Positions 47,155 to 56,848 of a stretch of DNA of 64,000 nt are shown piece by piece. The stretch is taken from positions 793,702-857,701 of the forward strand of contig JAUYID010000009.1 in NCBI GenBank assembly GCA_030704665.1, written 5' to 3'. Position 1 is the first letter of the stretch. Every line of letters begins with the position of its first letter. Source of the DNA: a bacterium (GTDB taxonomy: Bacteria > Patescibacteriota > Microgenomatia > Woykebacterales > RBG-16-39-9b). The notes under the pieces are model-generated. The model was not told where the DNA came from and ran no database searches. It saw nothing but the letters and a program-made list of their open reading frames with translations. Both the position numbers and the translations under genes were made by a program.

Positions 47155-48222
47155 TCAATCAGAGCTTTTGGTCCAAAAATAATCTAACAAAATTCTTGCC
47201 GAAGCAGCGATCGGTACTCCCAGTATAAACCCAATTGGCCCAGCCAGTTTCCCCCCTGCCAAAACGGCAAAAAGCACTACCATTGGGTGGAGCCGAGTAA
47301 GCCGGCCTAACAACTGCGGTATAACGAAGTAATCTTCAATCTGACGAAGGACAAAGTAAATCAAAACGATAACAATTGCCAGGGTCATCGGATCCAACCC
47401 AAAACGATTGACTCCAAGTACATAGCCTGTGGTCGCGGCCAAACCTCCAGCCGCGATTGGGCCGATGAAAGGTATCAGTTCCAAAAACCCAGTCAAAACC
47501 CCAATAATCAAAGCAAAGGGAACTCCAAGAATTACTAGAGCAATACTAGTGGCAATGCTCATTATGAAAACCAAGATTATTTGGCCGCGCAAATAACCCC
47601 CCAGAGCGTTGTTGATTTGCCCAAGCAGTCTTTCTACATCTTCTTGATGGTGTGAAGAAAACCGGCTTTTAATCGCCCGAACTAGATGCTGACCATCTTT
47701 GAGAAAGTAGAAAGTGGCTACCAGAAAAACTAAAACTTGCAAAACCCTGGACAAAGCCCCGGTAAAAATCGTCAGGAGTGAGTCTTGCGTGTGACTGATA
47801 GCAGTGTTTAAACCAATCAGAACCGCTCTTGCGGCTGACTGAAAACCAACACTTTGTCCAGCGATCGTCCATTCGGGCAAGCGCGCCACTGCGTTCTGAC
47901 TAAGATAGTTGATATCCTTGACTTCAATTTGTAGCTGACTTATTTCGTAGAGCAGTTTTCCACCAAGCCAAGTGACTGTGTAAATCACCAGTCCAAAAAC
48001 AACTAAGTAGATCAGCAAGATGGCCACCACTCGATGTATCTTCAAATATCGTTCCAGGAGTTTTACCACTGGGTTCAAAACGTAAGCAAGCAGCCCAGCT
48101 AGAATGAAGGGGGTAAGAATATCCCGAATTAGATAAGCAAGGACAAGTAAACCGAGCAAAAAGTAGATAAACAACCAGCTTTTTGATCTCATTAATTTGA
48201 TTATAACGTTATTTATTCTCAA
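47155..48222 (-). CDS. AI-2E family transporter
   Basis: 355 aa with 8 TM helices. Confidence 0.7.
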   Translation of the reverse strand: MRINNVIIKLMRSKSWLFIYFLLGLLVLAYLIRDILTPFILAGLLAYVLNPVVKLLERYLKIHRVVAILLIYLVVFGLVIYTVTWLGGKLLYEISQLQIEVKDINYLSQNAVARLPEWTIAGQSVGFQSAARAVLIGLNTAISHTQDSLLTIFTGALSRVLQVLVFLVATFYFLKDGQHLVRAIKSRFSSHHQEDVERLLGQINNALGGYLRGQIILVFIMSIATSIALVILGVPFALIIGVLTGFLELIPFIGPIAAGGLAATTGYVLGVNRFGLDPMTLAIVIVLIYFVLRQIEDYFVIPQLLGRLTRLHPMVVLFAVLAGGKLAGPIGFILGVPIAASARILLDYFWTKSSD

Positions 48223-49238
48223 GTAGTAGGAGTTTCTTCAGAAACGGTAAGCCAGCTTTGGATGAGTCGTTTCATTTCCTTTTTGTCCAGCGCCTCAATA
48301 TTGAACCAGTTGATTTTTCCCATTTTTCGAAACCAGGTCAGCTGTCGGCGAATATAAGCATGGTGCTTGAATTTTGTTCTTTGGATTGCTTCCTCTAGAG
48401 TCAACCTACTTGTCAAAAGACCAATGACATCTTGATAACCCAAAGAAGTAAAACTTGGTAGATCCTGCGGATAGTCTTGCAACAAAGCTTCAACTTCTTT
48501 TTGAAAAGCTCCTGAGCCGAACCACTCATCGACGCGCTGATCAGTGTTTTCATAAAGCCTTTCCCGGGTTGCGGTCAAACCGAGAATAAGTAAGTCAAAA
48601 TTAACTTTGTATTTTTCCCTAAGCTCCGAAAAGGGTTTTCCAGTTGCCTGGTAAACTTCCAAAGCTCGGGTGATGCGGCGGCGGTTGTTTTGGTCAATTT
48701 TTTTGTAACTAGCCGGATCAATTTCGAGAAGCAGGCCTAGCAAGCGTTCCGTAGATTTCTTTTCTAGCGATTCACGCAGGGCCGTGTCCGGAGCAACTTT
48801 GGGAATTTTCAGCCCTTCCGTGATTGCTTGGACGTAGAGCCCGGTGCCACCAACCAAAATCGGTAGTTTCTTTCTGGAAATGATTTCAGCAATTTTTTCT
48901 AAAGCCAACTGCTGAAACTGCGCAACTGAAAAGCGCTCATCTGGATCGACTACATCATAAAGGTGAATTGGTATTCCCTCAACTCGCCAAAAACCGTCAT
49001 GCTTCTCAAACCTCTCGTTAATTCTTACTTTCGAAGAAAGCAGTCTCTGAGCTTGCGAGGAGTTTAATTCTTCATTCTTCATTCTGAATTCAACTTTACC
49101 TGTCCCAACATCCATACCAGAAAAAATTTGCCGGCTGTCAGCACTGACTAGCTCGCCGTCGAATTTTTTTGCTAGTTCCAGGGCGAGACTGGTTTTTCCG
49201 GTTCCGGTCGGACCAACAATGACTAGTAGTTTGTTCAT
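48219..49238 (-). CDS. miaA: tRNA dimethylallyltransferase
   Basis: Has the P-loop VIVGPTGTGKTSLAL, the SADSRQIF motif and the MiaA body. Confidence 0.85.
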   Translation of the reverse strand: MNKLLVIVGPTGTGKTSLALELAKKFDGELVSADSRQIFSGMDVGTGKVEFRMKNEELNSSQAQRLLSSKVRINERFEKHDGFWRVEGIPIHLYDVVDPDERFSVAQFQQLALEKIAEIISRKKLPILVGGTGLYVQAITEGLKIPKVAPDTALRESLEKKSTERLLGLLLEIDPASYKKIDQNNRRRITRALEVYQATGKPFSELREKYKVNFDLLILGLTATRERLYENTDQRVDEWFGSGAFQKEVEALLQDYPQDLPSFTSLGYQDVIGLLTSRLTLEEAIQRTKFKHHAYIRRQLTWFRKMGKINWFNIEALDKKEMKRLIQSWLTVSEETPTT

Positions 49239-49318
49239 GGGTTTAGTTTAACAGAGGGTTCAACTAAATTCGTAGTTTAACTGTTTTTTCCCGACTCTAA
49301 ATTCATCATTCTGCATTC

Positions 49319-50584
49319 TTAATTCTGAATCATATCCACCACCAAAGTCGACCAGCTGAAATCTTCAGCTCCAAAGCCTTTGCCGCTGATGGGATCGAAA
49401 AATTCTCGGAAACCCTGCTGTCGCACTAGCCCAACTGAGGCCTCAACAATTTTTTCTGCCTGCTGCCCAAAACCGTGTTCCCTCAACCCATTAACTAGGT
49501 ACCAGTTGGTGCTGATCCAGGTTGGTCCGCGCCAAATCAAGGGCTCTCCAAAAATCATGGTTGGTCGGGCTCGAAAATCAGGATCATCAGCGGCTACTGT
49601 TGGAACTGGATAAGGTAGGTCAAACTCATCTTTGTTGGACAGGTGTTTTGTCACCAAATTTTTAGCAATTTTCTCATCGATACCCAGAATCAAAGGCATC
49701 AGTCCTTTGATCGTTTTTGCGGTTGTGTTTTTCTCTTCTTTGGAATAGGTATCGAAGAAAAAGTTTGTTTTTTCATCAAAACATTTCGCAATTAGATTGT
49801 CCTGAGCTTTTTTGGCAATTAAAGAAAACTTTTTAGCTTGTTTTTCTTCCCCAAAACTTTCAAGTAGTCGAACTAGAACTTTTAAGTTTTTAATATAAAT
49901 AGAATTTACAAAAACATCCTCAACGTTGAAATAGTCTTCGGCAAAAATTTTCTTCAGGTCATAGTTGTGAAGCATGTGGCGCAAGGTCACTTTGCGGCAG
50001 CCGATCGCAACTCCCAACTTGGTTTTGCTACGAATATCACAGACTTCATCGTAGCTTGGCGACTGATCCATACCTGATTCATAAGGAGCAATGATGGAAA
50101 GTAAGCCGTCGCGATCCGGATCGCGGTTGTCCGCAAGCCACGAGTAATAATCAGTCAGTTTAGGTAGCATCTCTACCAAAAAATAGCGGTCTTTGTCTTT
50201 TTGATAAATTGCGTTCACTGCCTCTGCCAAAAGTGGCGGCTGGATCAACTCCGTGGTCTTCGGAAAAAGAGAAAACTTCGACTCAAGAGCTGCTCCGTGT
50301 AAGGAAAGCAGCGGTGGGTCCCAAAAAATGACGTGTGGGATGAAACCATCCTCTCGCTGCATTTTCGTCAAATTGCGCAGCTCATTTTTAGCTAGTTCCG
50401 GATCAAAGTGGGAAAGAACGATAGCGTGAAAACAGCTATCCCAAAACCATTGGTGAGAGTAGTGATGGCGCGAAGGACAAATATATTTGTACTCCATCTT
50501 GGCCCAGTTGGAGTAGCCAGTCTTGAGGTTGCCGTAGATAACTTGCTTGGCTTTATCTATAACATCCTGGGCAGGGATTTTCAT
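49319..50584 (-). CDS. six-hairpin glycoside hydrolase (GH63/MGH1-like or GDE_C-like)
   Basis: 421 aa. HQWFWDSCFHAI and an (alpha/alpha)6-like composition. Family assignment is from memory and uncertain. Confidence 0.4.
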   Translation of the reverse strand: MKIPAQDVIDKAKQVIYGNLKTGYSNWAKMEYKYICPSRHHYSHQWFWDSCFHAIVLSHFDPELAKNELRNLTKMQREDGFIPHVIFWDPPLLSLHGAALESKFSLFPKTTELIQPPLLAEAVNAIYQKDKDRYFLVEMLPKLTDYYSWLADNRDPDRDGLLSIIAPYESGMDQSPSYDEVCDIRSKTKLGVAIGCRKVTLRHMLHNYDLKKIFAEDYFNVEDVFVNSIYIKNLKVLVRLLESFGEEKQAKKFSLIAKKAQDNLIAKCFDEKTNFFFDTYSKEEKNTTAKTIKGLMPLILGIDEKIAKNLVTKHLSNKDEFDLPYPVPTVAADDPDFRARPTMIFGEPLIWRGPTWISTNWYLVNGLREHGFGQQAEKIVEASVGLVRQQGFREFFDPISGKGFGAEDFSWSTLVVDMIQN

Positions 50585-50707
50585 TGCGAGCTTGCGAGCA
50601 ACATCGACCGCATATTAATAATCTTTTAGTTTTTCAAAAACTCTCTTTAGGTCGATATTATTTTTAGTTTAATGCAAATAGAGTGCCAGCGCTAGACTTG
50701 CTACTTT

Positions 50708-50895
50708 GTGTCATCCTGAGAACTTAGCAAAGGATCTCCTTCGACAAGCTTAGGACAGGTCGGAGATTCTTCATTTCATTCAGAATGACACGAACAAAAA
50801 TGTTAAACTTGCGAAATTGTCATCCTGAACTCGGTTCAGGATCTAAGGGATTCCGAAACCTCTCTCGCGACAAGGTGGACAAGTTCGGAATGACA
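50708..50895. repeat. intergenic cluster of four alternating-orientation copies of TGTCATyCyGAa motif forming two nested/adjacent long hairpins
   Basis: Copies are tgtcatcctgag (50708-50719), ttcagaatgaca (50779-50790), tgtcatcctgaac (50809-50821) and ttcggaatgaca (50884-50895). Confidence 0.4.
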
Positions 50896-50933
50896 TAACT
50901 GCTAAACCTTGTCCTGCCTGTTAAACTATTGAT

Positions 50934-51767
50934 ATGGCTTTTAATCCGAACACCATCTGGGTTTCACACACCAGCCTCAATGATTTTGGGAAATGCAAAC
51001 AGCTCTACTATTTGCGCGGTCTTTATCGCGACCAAAAGTATGGTAATAACTTTCGAATTCAAGTCGCCTCACCCTATTTAAGTCTCGGAGAAGCGGTGCA
51101 TGACGCCATTGACCAATTGATCAAGCGCTACCCAAAAGGCGAAAGAAGCAAGGACAAGCTCTTTTATGAGTTTAACCGAGGCTGGAAACTAAAACCAGGC
51201 AAGGTGGGTGGCTTTCAATCAGAGTCTCAGGAAAAAGAATTCAAGGCTCGTGGAGAAGCCATGCTCGAGCGCTTTTGGAAACACGAGCATTTCAAAAATA
51301 GTGAGCCAATTTTAGTCGATTTTCCAAAGCTTCCCTTGATCGGTCAGGATGAGGCTATTCTCGTAGGCAATTTTGATTGGCTCGAAAAAAATGAATCCGG
51401 GCTACATATACTAGACTTCAAAACTGGCCAGAACGAAGAAGAGGAGGGCTCCCGCCAGCTTCCACTTTACGCGATACTGGGTGAGCACGTACTGAAGAAA
51501 CCGGTGACCAAAGTCAGCTACTGGTATCTCGACAAAGACGATGAGCCAGTTGAGATGACTCTTCCGGATTTGGGGGGAACTCTAGATGAAGTAAAAACAC
51601 AAGCATTAGAAATGCAAAAGGCTGTGAATAGCAAGGATTTTGCTTGTACCACAGATGTCGGCTACTGCCGAGCCTGTCATGATTATCATGCGGCAATTAA
51701 TGATATTGCCGAACACGTCGCCACTGATTTCAAACGCAAACGTGAGGTCTTTTTCCTTCCAACTTGA
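50934..51767 (+). CDS. PD-(D/E)XK nuclease, Cas4/RecB-like with C-terminal Cys cluster
   Basis: 277 aa. GNFDWLE...LHILDFKTG matches the D...ExK motif. The C-terminal C-x5-C-x2-C with an earlier Cys is typical of Cas4/AddB Fe-S nucleases. Confidence 0.55.
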   Translation: MAFNPNTIWVSHTSLNDFGKCKQLYYLRGLYRDQKYGNNFRIQVASPYLSLGEAVHDAIDQLIKRYPKGERSKDKLFYEFNRGWKLKPGKVGGFQSESQEKEFKARGEAMLERFWKHEHFKNSEPILVDFPKLPLIGQDEAILVGNFDWLEKNESGLHILDFKTGQNEEEEGSRQLPLYAILGEHVLKKPVTKVSYWYLDKDDEPVEMTLPDLGGTLDEVKTQALEMQKAVNSKDFACTTDVGYCRACHDYHAAINDIAEHVATDFKRKREVFFLPT

Positions 51768-51799
51768 CAAACAAAATTGGGGGGGGTTAAACTTAAACC

Positions 51800-52198
51800 A
51801 TGGGTGAAACTATGGGGCCATCTCCCGAAGAGATGGGCTTGAGACCAGAACCAAAAATCGATCTTGAAGGTGGGCAACAAGTACCTAAACCAGAATTTAA
51901 TAAAATAGACCCTGAATTAAAATCAATAGTACAATCACGGGCTGGAGAGTTCGTGGAAGGTGTGATGGGAAGCGACGTTGAAGGAAATCTTTATGAAGAC
52001 AGAGTCAAAGCACAAGAAATGGAAAGGATATTAAGAATATTGGAGTTATCTTTGGGATCCTCTCTTAAAGATACTATTGATCATGAGGAGATAGTGAGAG
52101 CACAGAGAAACCCAGACTACCAGAGTACAACAAAGGTTATGGACAATTTTATCCAAGCTGCTCGAGAAAGACTAAAGGGTCCCAAGACTTCAGAGTAA
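51800..52198 (+). CDS. hypothetical protein (N-terminal GPSPEEMG motif)
   Basis: 132 aa with N-terminus MGETMGPSPEEMGLRPEP. Confidence 0.45.
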   Translation: MGETMGPSPEEMGLRPEPKIDLEGGQQVPKPEFNKIDPELKSIVQSRAGEFVEGVMGSDVEGNLYEDRVKAQEMERILRILELSLGSSLKDTIDHEEIVRAQRNPDYQSTTKVMDNFIQAARERLKGPKTSE

Positions 52199-52261
52199 GA
52201 GTTGTTTTTAACAGTTTCGTTGGTAACGACTTCGCAAGAGGTCGTTTTTCTTTTATGAAAT

Positions 52262-52837
52262 TTATTTCGTGTAGTCTTCTAAAACCGTATCCTCTGTTAC
52301 AACCTGAACAAAAGTTTTTTTCTTGGCTAGTTCCGCGACCTTGTGTTTGATCGAAAAGTCGTCAAAATAAACTTCAATAGTAGCTGGGAAAATGTTCTCT
52401 GTGACAAACTTTGTCAATACAGGATAATCTTTATTTCTTTCCTTGTATCTTTTCAAAGCCTCCTCCTGTGAAATTATTTTTACCTCCCTTACTCCCTTTA
52501 CCTTCTCAATCTCATTCTTAAGACTTTCTTCTTGTTCAGTGCTTGCCTCACCCTTAAGAAAGGCAATGACTTGCGCTCTTTGTTTTCTTGCTTCTTCGCC
52601 TTTACTGATGCTTGGATAAAGTCGGGGGTCTAGATACAAAAGCCCACACTCTTTTCTAGCTGTGTAGTACTGAATCAAGGCATACCTTTCCTCACCGTTT
52701 TTCAGACTTTTGTTCCCGATCGAGATCCGTTCCTGAGCTTTTTTGCACGCAGAATTAGGAATAAAGAACAAAGAGACGGCTCCAATTAAAGCAAGAACAA
52801 GGGTACCTCCAAGAATAAGAACGGCTCTTTTTTTCAC
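52262..52837 (-). CDS. hypothetical membrane-anchored protein
   Basis: 191 aa with an N-terminal TM helix. It overlaps the miaB stop by 4 nt. Confidence 0.45.
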   Translation of the reverse strand: MKKRAVLILGGTLVLALIGAVSLFFIPNSACKKAQERISIGNKSLKNGEERYALIQYYTARKECGLLYLDPRLYPSISKGEEARKQRAQVIAFLKGEASTEQEESLKNEIEKVKGVREVKIISQEEALKRYKERNKDYPVLTKFVTENIFPATIEVYFDDFSIKHKVAELAKKKTFVQVVTEDTVLEDYTK

Positions 52838-54021
52838 CCTGATACCCCAACTTTCTGCTTATTAATAAGGTTGTCGAGGATGTGGAAGCGGCGGTGTTTT
52901 TCTTCGTTTGAGATGTTATCTTCAAGGTTTTTTTGCGCTACTGTCCCCGGTCTGGTAGAATACATGCCAATGTAGGCGACAACCCAACCGACTTTTTTTG
53001 CTAGTGTAACTGTCGACTGAAATTCGTCCTGCGTTTCTCCGGGAAAGCCCACGATGATATCAGTTCCAATCTGCACTTCGGGAATTTTTGTTTTTAACTT
53101 ATTAACTAATTCTAGATAATCATTTTGCGTGTAATAGCGGTTCATTCGTTTCAGAACTGAGTCAGAACCAGATTGCACCGGCAGGTGAATATAGCGGTCA
53201 ATATTGGGGTACTTGGCAATAAGGCCAATTAGCTCATCAGAAAAATCCCAGGGGTTTGAAGAAAGAAAAGAAACTTTTTCAAAGCCTTTTCTGGCAACTT
53301 CCTCGAGCAGTTGCGGAAAAATGGTTGGGATTCGCTTTCTTCCCATACTCATCTTTACCATGACTGGGAGTAACGAACGGCCGTCCTGCCTCGATTTGCC
53401 ATTCTCGTCAAGGCTGGCAGGCAGGGGATACAGACCGTCCTTAAGGTTTTCTTTGATGAAATCAGCTCCGTAAGAATTGACGTTTTGTCCGAGAAGTGTA
53501 ACCCGCTTGTAACCGGCGGTCTGAAGATCGTCAACTTCGTGAATAATGTCATTCCAGGGTCTGGAAATCTCTCTTCCGCGCGTGAAAGGGACAATACAAA
53601 AAGTACAAAAATTGTTGCAGCCTTGAGAAATGACTACCCAGCCGTGCTGCCGATCTTCCCGCCGGATGGGGGTGTTGAAACCGACCTCATCAATAGGAAG
53701 AAATTCGTCCACAAGTGGGAGTCGTGCTTTCATCACCCGGTACATTTTGCCGCTGGGATCGCGCACCATTGCCCCAACTAGACAACCGGTGACTGTAATT
53801 TTGAAGCCGGGTTTGGCCTCTTTGATTTTACCGAGTTTCTGCATCATACCGTAGACACGGTCTTCAGCGTGTTGCCGCACCATGCAAGTGTTGATGACAA
53901 CATGGTCAGCTTCTTCAAGATTTTTTGCGGGGGTAAAATTACGCGATTCGAAAGCGCCGGCAACCCGCTCCGAGTCAGCGAAGTTTTGCTGACAGCCAAA
54001 GGTGGTAATGAAGTATTTCAT
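52834..54021 (-). CDS. miaB: tRNA-2-methylthio-N6-dimethylallyladenosine synthase (radical SAM methylthiotransferase)
   Basis: Has the MTTase N-terminal domain (KYFITTFGCQQNFADSE), the radical SAM CxxxCxxC (CNNFCTFC) and a TRAM C-terminus. I placed the start at MKYF. Confidence 0.8.
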   Translation of the reverse strand: MKYFITTFGCQQNFADSERVAGAFESRNFTPAKNLEEADHVVINTCMVRQHAEDRVYGMMQKLGKIKEAKPGFKITVTGCLVGAMVRDPSGKMYRVMKARLPLVDEFLPIDEVGFNTPIRREDRQHGWVVISQGCNNFCTFCIVPFTRGREISRPWNDIIHEVDDLQTAGYKRVTLLGQNVNSYGADFIKENLKDGLYPLPASLDENGKSRQDGRSLLPVMVKMSMGRKRIPTIFPQLLEEVARKGFEKVSFLSSNPWDFSDELIGLIAKYPNIDRYIHLPVQSGSDSVLKRMNRYYTQNDYLELVNKLKTKIPEVQIGTDIIVGFPGETQDEFQSTVTLAKKVGWVVAYIGMYSTRPGTVAQKNLEDNISNEEKHRRFHILDNLINKQKVGVSG

Positions 54022-54126
54022 AGACGAATTAAGAGCAAAACCCAAAATTCACCTTTTACGCTTGCGCAAAAGGCAAAGTTCTGCGCAGTAAGCAGTAAAT
54101 TAATCTCACTGCGAACCAGCAGGTCT

Positions 54127-54402
54127 TTACTTCCGGACTTGTTTCTTAATCCCTTTGGCAGCAATAAACCCAACTGTATTCATTTGCGGAAGTTGCAAAC
54201 TTTGTCCTGTCTTGGGGTTGCGTCCAGTTCTAGCCTTTCGACCACGAATGATAAAGGTACCAAAACCTGAAATGACGACCTTGTCCCCTTTTTTGAGGGC
54301 TTCCTCAATCGTATCAAAAGTAGAGTCAACTGCTTCTTTGGCAGCTTTCTTGGTCAGGTGAGCTTCTCGGGAAACTTTTTCGATTATATCTGCTTTGAGC
54401 AT
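54127..54402 (-). CDS. hup: HU family DNA-binding protein
   Basis: 91 aa. MLKADIIEKVS...GFGTF...RKARTGRNPKTG is the classic HU pattern. Confidence 0.85.
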   Translation of the reverse strand: MLKADIIEKVSREAHLTKKAAKEAVDSTFDTIEEALKKGDKVVISGFGTFIIRGRKARTGRNPKTGQSLQLPQMNTVGFIAAKGIKKQVRK

Positions 54403-54416
54403 GACAACACCTCCTT

Positions 54417-55205
54417 TCAGTCAACACTACGATCTATTCTTAAAATCGACTTGGCAGCCCCTTTTTTGTCGGTTTCGATCAGTACCGAACGGAAAACTTT
54501 CGGGCCTGAATCAACCCATTCGAACTTCGCGGGCGCCGTGTCTTTTTGTTTTTTGATAATTATTTCTGGGACCACTCCAAGAACTGAGTGGAGAGCTCCG
54601 GTCATACCAATGTCAGAAACGTAAGCTGTCCCCTTTGGCATGATCCAGTTATCGGCCGTTGGCACGTGGGTGTGAGTTCCAACCACAGCAGTCACCCGAC
54701 CGTCAAGAAACCAACCCATGGCATTTTTTTCACTCGTTGCCTCGGCGTGAAAATCAACGAGGATGATAGCAGGCTTTTCTTTTTCAACTTCATTGAGCAG
54801 AATGCTATCCACAGTTCGGAAGGGCTCGTCTGTTGGCTCGGGAATCCACTGTTTTCCGATGAGATTGATAAGCATCACCTTTTCCTTCCCGACATTAGCG
54901 TAAGTAAAACCAAAACCAGGATTGTCCGCCGGGTAGTTCGCCGGCCGGATCACGGTCGGATCGTTGTTGAGCTCAGAAACAAATTCTTCTTTAAACCAAA
55001 TGTGATTTCCAGAAGTAAAAAGGTCAACCCCGTAGCCACGCAGCTCGTCAACCTTATCTTTAGTCGCCCCTTTGCCATGGGCGAGATTCTCGATATTGGC
55101 GACCACAAGATCGATTTTTTCTTCTTTAATTAGGTCCGGCAAAACCTCGGCGACTGCTCGCCGACCTGGTCTTGCCACTACATCCCCAATCATTAATATT
55201 CGCAT
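54417..55205 (-). CDS. YmdB-like TIGR00282-family metallophosphoesterase
   Basis: 262 aa. MRILMIGDVVARPGR...NIENLAHGKG...VDFHAEATSEK. It is adjacent to rny, as in Firmicutes. Confidence 0.75.
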   Translation of the reverse strand: MRILMIGDVVARPGRRAVAEVLPDLIKEEKIDLVVANIENLAHGKGATKDKVDELRGYGVDLFTSGNHIWFKEEFVSELNNDPTVIRPANYPADNPGFGFTYANVGKEKVMLINLIGKQWIPEPTDEPFRTVDSILLNEVEKEKPAIILVDFHAEATSEKNAMGWFLDGRVTAVVGTHTHVPTADNWIMPKGTAYVSDIGMTGALHSVLGVVPEIIIKKQKDTAPAKFEWVDSGPKVFRSVLIETDKKGAAKSILRIDRSVD

Positions 55206-55260
55206 AGATTTAAGGTTTAAGTTTTAAGATATCTTAAAGCTGACATCATAAATCTTATAA

Positions 55261-56733
55261 CTATTTAGCTATTGCCTCCGCTCTTGTTTCTCGCATCACG
55301 GTAACTTTGACTTGTCCCGGGTAAGTGATCGAGTCATGAATTTTGTCAGCAATGTCATGAGCCAACTTTTCAATGCTGGCATCATCCATCTGTTCTGGGA
55401 AAACAATGACTCGGACTTCCCGACCCGCCGCGATCGCGAAAGAGCGGTCAACACCTTGGAAAGAGCTCGCCACATTTTCGATTTCAGTCACCCGTTTGAT
55501 GTAGTCTTCAACTGATTCGTGGCGCGCTCCGGGGCGGGAACCGGAAATGGCGTCCGCAATCCAAACGATGACTGACTCAACCTGAGAAAAGGGTATATCC
55601 TCGTGGTGCTCAGCTACACAAGCAATGACTTTGGGATCGACGTTAAATTTCTTAAGATAATCGACTCCAAGTTGAACGTGAGTTCCTTCTTGCTCACCGG
55701 TGAAAACCTTGCCAATATCGTGGAAGAGACAACCCAAGCGGACGATGTTGACGTCAGCTCCTACCATGCGCGCAATTGCCATGCCGATTTTCGTTTCTTC
55801 GATCGTATGCAGCATCAAGTTCTGTCCGTAGGAAAATCTCCACTTGAATCTGCCGAGTGTTTCGACAATTTCGGCCGGAAGGTTGTGGACCCCAACTGTA
55901 GTCAAAAGCTTTTCGCCCTCCTCACGGCGGATTTTTTCAAAGTTCTTGCGCACTTGCTCGACGATTTCTTCAATCCGGCTTGGTTGGATTCGTCCGTCAG
56001 CCATCAAGCGCTCAAGAGCAACCCGAGCAATTTCTCGTCTCTCCCCATCGAAAGAGGAAAGTCGGATACTTCCCGGTGTATCATCGAGATCAACGTCGAC
56101 TCCGGTCGCTACCTCAAAGGTTTTGATGTTTCGCCCCTCTCGACCAATGATGCGACCTTTCATATCTTCATCGGAAAGTTTCACCGTGGAAGTCGTGTAC
56201 TCGGCCACATAGTCGGTGGCTCCGGCCTTCATCGCGTCAATCAAAATTCCTTTGGCTTTTTCATCGGCTTCGCGCTTGATTTGGTCTTCTGCTTCTCGAA
56301 TCCGACGGGCGATTTCTTCTTTAAGGTGTGACTCAGTTGCATCAAGAATAAGCTTTTTTGCTTCCTCTCGTGTCACGCCGGCGACTTTTTCGAGTTTGGC
56401 TCCGAGCTCAGCTTTGGTTTTTTCTAGATCGTCAACCTTGTCCTGAATTGTTTTGTCTTTGCTCTCCACTTCAGTCAGTTTTTTCTCGATTGATTCTTCT
56501 TTGACTGCCAAACGAGACTCTAGTCCGAGCACCTCGGAACGAATCTTGCGCGCCTCTTCCTCAGCTTCTTTTTTGATTTTTAGGGCTTCTTCTTTCGCCT
56601 CTAGAACAATTTCCGAAGCAGCAGTTTCTGGCTTCGCGGCCTTTTTGCTGTTTGGCTGAATTTTATTTTGATAAACGTAGGAAACCCCTCCTCCGACCAA
56701 GAGGGCTATCACTGCTATTGCGATTGGATCCAT
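55261..56733 (-). CDS. rny: ribonuclease Y
   Basis: 490 aa with an N-terminal TM helix, a long coiled-coil, a KH domain (GRIIGREGRNIK) and an HD domain (LFHDIGK). Confidence 0.85.
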   Translation of the reverse strand: MDPIAIAVIALLVGGGVSYVYQNKIQPNSKKAAKPETAASEIVLEAKEEALKIKKEAEEEARKIRSEVLGLESRLAVKEESIEKKLTEVESKDKTIQDKVDDLEKTKAELGAKLEKVAGVTREEAKKLILDATESHLKEEIARRIREAEDQIKREADEKAKGILIDAMKAGATDYVAEYTTSTVKLSDEDMKGRIIGREGRNIKTFEVATGVDVDLDDTPGSIRLSSFDGERREIARVALERLMADGRIQPSRIEEIVEQVRKNFEKIRREEGEKLLTTVGVHNLPAEIVETLGRFKWRFSYGQNLMLHTIEETKIGMAIARMVGADVNIVRLGCLFHDIGKVFTGEQEGTHVQLGVDYLKKFNVDPKVIACVAEHHEDIPFSQVESVIVWIADAISGSRPGARHESVEDYIKRVTEIENVASSFQGVDRSFAIAAGREVRVIVFPEQMDDASIEKLAHDIADKIHDSITYPGQVKVTVMRETRAEAIAK

Positions 56734-56848
56734 AAATTATTTTCACCTTTTTACCTTTCCTTGGGCAAAGTTCGCCTCGTCTCCGAGACGTGTAAGAGAA
56801 TTGCTTGATATAACAATGAAAAGTTCTCTATCTTTTCGTTCCACTATT

